Position numbers and translations under genes: made by a program
Notes under the pieces: model-generated
Told to the model about the DNA's origin: nothing
The model's database searches: none
What the model saw: only the letters and a program-made list of their open reading frames with translations
Assembly: GCA_965263035.1 (NCBI GenBank)
Contig: OZ253580.1
Location: 2,432,001 to 2,496,000, forward strand
Reading direction: 5' to 3'
Source: Acidobacteriota bacterium
GTDB lineage: Bacteria; Acidobacteriota; UBA6911; RPQK01; JAJDTT01
DNA length: 64,000 bases
In this document: positions 62,773 to 64,000 of the stretch, in pieces
How the letters are laid out: every line of letters starts with the position of its first letter
Numbering within the stretch: position 1 is the stretch's first letter

Positions 62773-64000
62773 AGTATCCATGTTGCAAGTGGTGGGTGCT
62801 AATCGGTGTTTCCATCCCGTGTCGTTAGTACGTGATCTGGCCGGTCCAAAGGGCACAGGGTTAGGAGGAGCGTTCTTCCGCCGGAGGTGAGGCGGAGATC
62901 GAGCTGGATCCAGCGGGCGCCGTGCAGGGGGCGATGAGTGGACGGATCAACTGGATCGAGGGACCTGAGATCGTCGACGTCAGTCCTCCGGGAGGTCCGG
63001 ATACGCCCTGAAGAGCTTTCATGGCCGTAAGCAAGCTTCCGGCCAGACCTGACCGGAAGTTCGACAGACGGCCATCAGGGGGTCCACACGCTCCCTTTCC
63101 TCACGGGGTCTCTCCGTGGCCTCAGAAGGTCGCTCGGGGCGCTACGGGCAACCAGGTGCGGTCCTGCCGGACGAGGGTGTTGGCCAGGACGATGAGCTTG
63201 CGCATGACGGCGACGAGGGCCACCTTGCCGGGCTTGCCGCGCTCGCTCAGCCTCCGGTACACCTCGGCCAAGTCGGGGTTCCAGCGCAGGGCGGCCACCG
63301 CCGGCATGTACAGGAGCCGTCGCCCCCGCGCCCGTCCGCTCCGGATGAAGGCCCGGCCCTGCCAAGCCCCCGACTCGCGCGGAACGGCCGCCAGCCCGGC
63401 CAGACTGGCGGCGGCCTTGCCGCTGAGGGCGCCCAGCTCGGGCATCTCGGCCAGCAGACCGGCGGCGGTGGTGGCCGCGATCCCGGGAATGGAGGTGAGG
63501 ATCTCCAGCTTGCGGGCCCGCGCCTCGTCGGCCGCAATCAGCTGCTGCATTTTGCGGTCGATGGCGCGCAGGTGGCGCTCGAACACGTTGATCTGGGTCT
63601 GGTTCTGCTGTTTGAGCAAGGGTTCGCGGAGCTGTTGGCGGCGGTTGAGCAGGGCCGTGCGCTGGCGGATCAGCGCGTCCCGGGCCGTCTGCAGTTCCTG
63701 GAGCCGGCGTTGCGTTTTGGACGGGGCCGGGGTCCGGCGCGGATCCAGGCTGGCGGCCATCTGGGCCAGTTTCCGAGCGTCTACGGCGTCGATCTTGGCA
63801 CGGCTCCCGGTCGCCCGGGCGAAACACCGGGCCTGCCAGGGGTTCACCTTGGCCAACGGCAGCTTCGCTTTGGACAGCGCTTCCTCGAGGTCCCGGTGGT
63901 AGGGGCCGGTGGCCTCGTACGCGACGCACTCGTCCGGAGTTCCGATCCAATCGATCAGCGCCCGGAAGCCGGCCGGGTCATTGTCGAACTGGGCGGAATG
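62773..64000 (-). mobile_element. IS110-family element B, copy 2 (left end outside the window)
   Basis: Right end AGTATCCATGTTGCAAG... matches 51504 onward. Confidence 0.9.
63122..64000 (-). CDS. IS110-family transposase (5' part outside the window)
   Basis: Close paralog of 51928-52875; AKIDAVDA, SIPGI and PRESG. Confidence 0.9.
   Translation of the reverse strand, partial: HSAQFDNDPAGFRALIDWIGTPDECVAYEATGPYHRDLEEALSKAKLPLAKVNPWQARCFARATGSRAKIDAVDARKLAQMAASLDPRRTPAPSKTQRRLQELQTARDALIRQRTALLNRRQQLREPLLKQQNQTQINVFERHLRAIDRKMQQLIAADEARARKLEILTSIPGIAATTAAGLLAEMPELGALSGKAAASLAGLAAVPRESGAWQGRAFIRSGRARGRRLLYMPAVAALRWNPDLAEVYRRLSERGKPGKVALVAVMRKLIVLANTLVRQDRTWLPVAPRATF

Overview
High-GC bacterial chromosome segment, most likely Acidobacteriota (inferred from the Cys-rich insert in RpoB and overall gene content). 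Housekeeping content: cysH and sat-cysC, tRNA-Ala, lpxB, mnmA, an ECF sigma factor with a sigma-54 promoter next to an NtrC-type two-component system, OSBS/NAAAR with hydantoinase B, ubiA-pilB-pilT-pilC-pilin, the tRNA-tuf-rpmG-secE-nusG-rplKAJL-rpoBC cluster, two glycosylation/polysaccharide-export clusters and vapBC. The main finding is a dense REP-type palindrome family (GGCGRC-AAGAAA/TGGAAA-GYCGCC-[G/C]CTCC; about 45-50 units at about 16 loci, counted by eye). Its probable RAYT transposase gene is present, and five different mobile elements insert into the repeat. Two are ORF-less group II intron families (2 IIB-like copies and 3 IIC copies) whose exon-binding sites are complementary to the REP. 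Two are divergent IS110 elements whose bridge-RNA guide segments can be read directly and match the REP. The fifth is an IS186-like IS4 element in the GGGG-N7-CCCC hairpin of the composite repeat. All calls come from reading the sequence; no database search was run.
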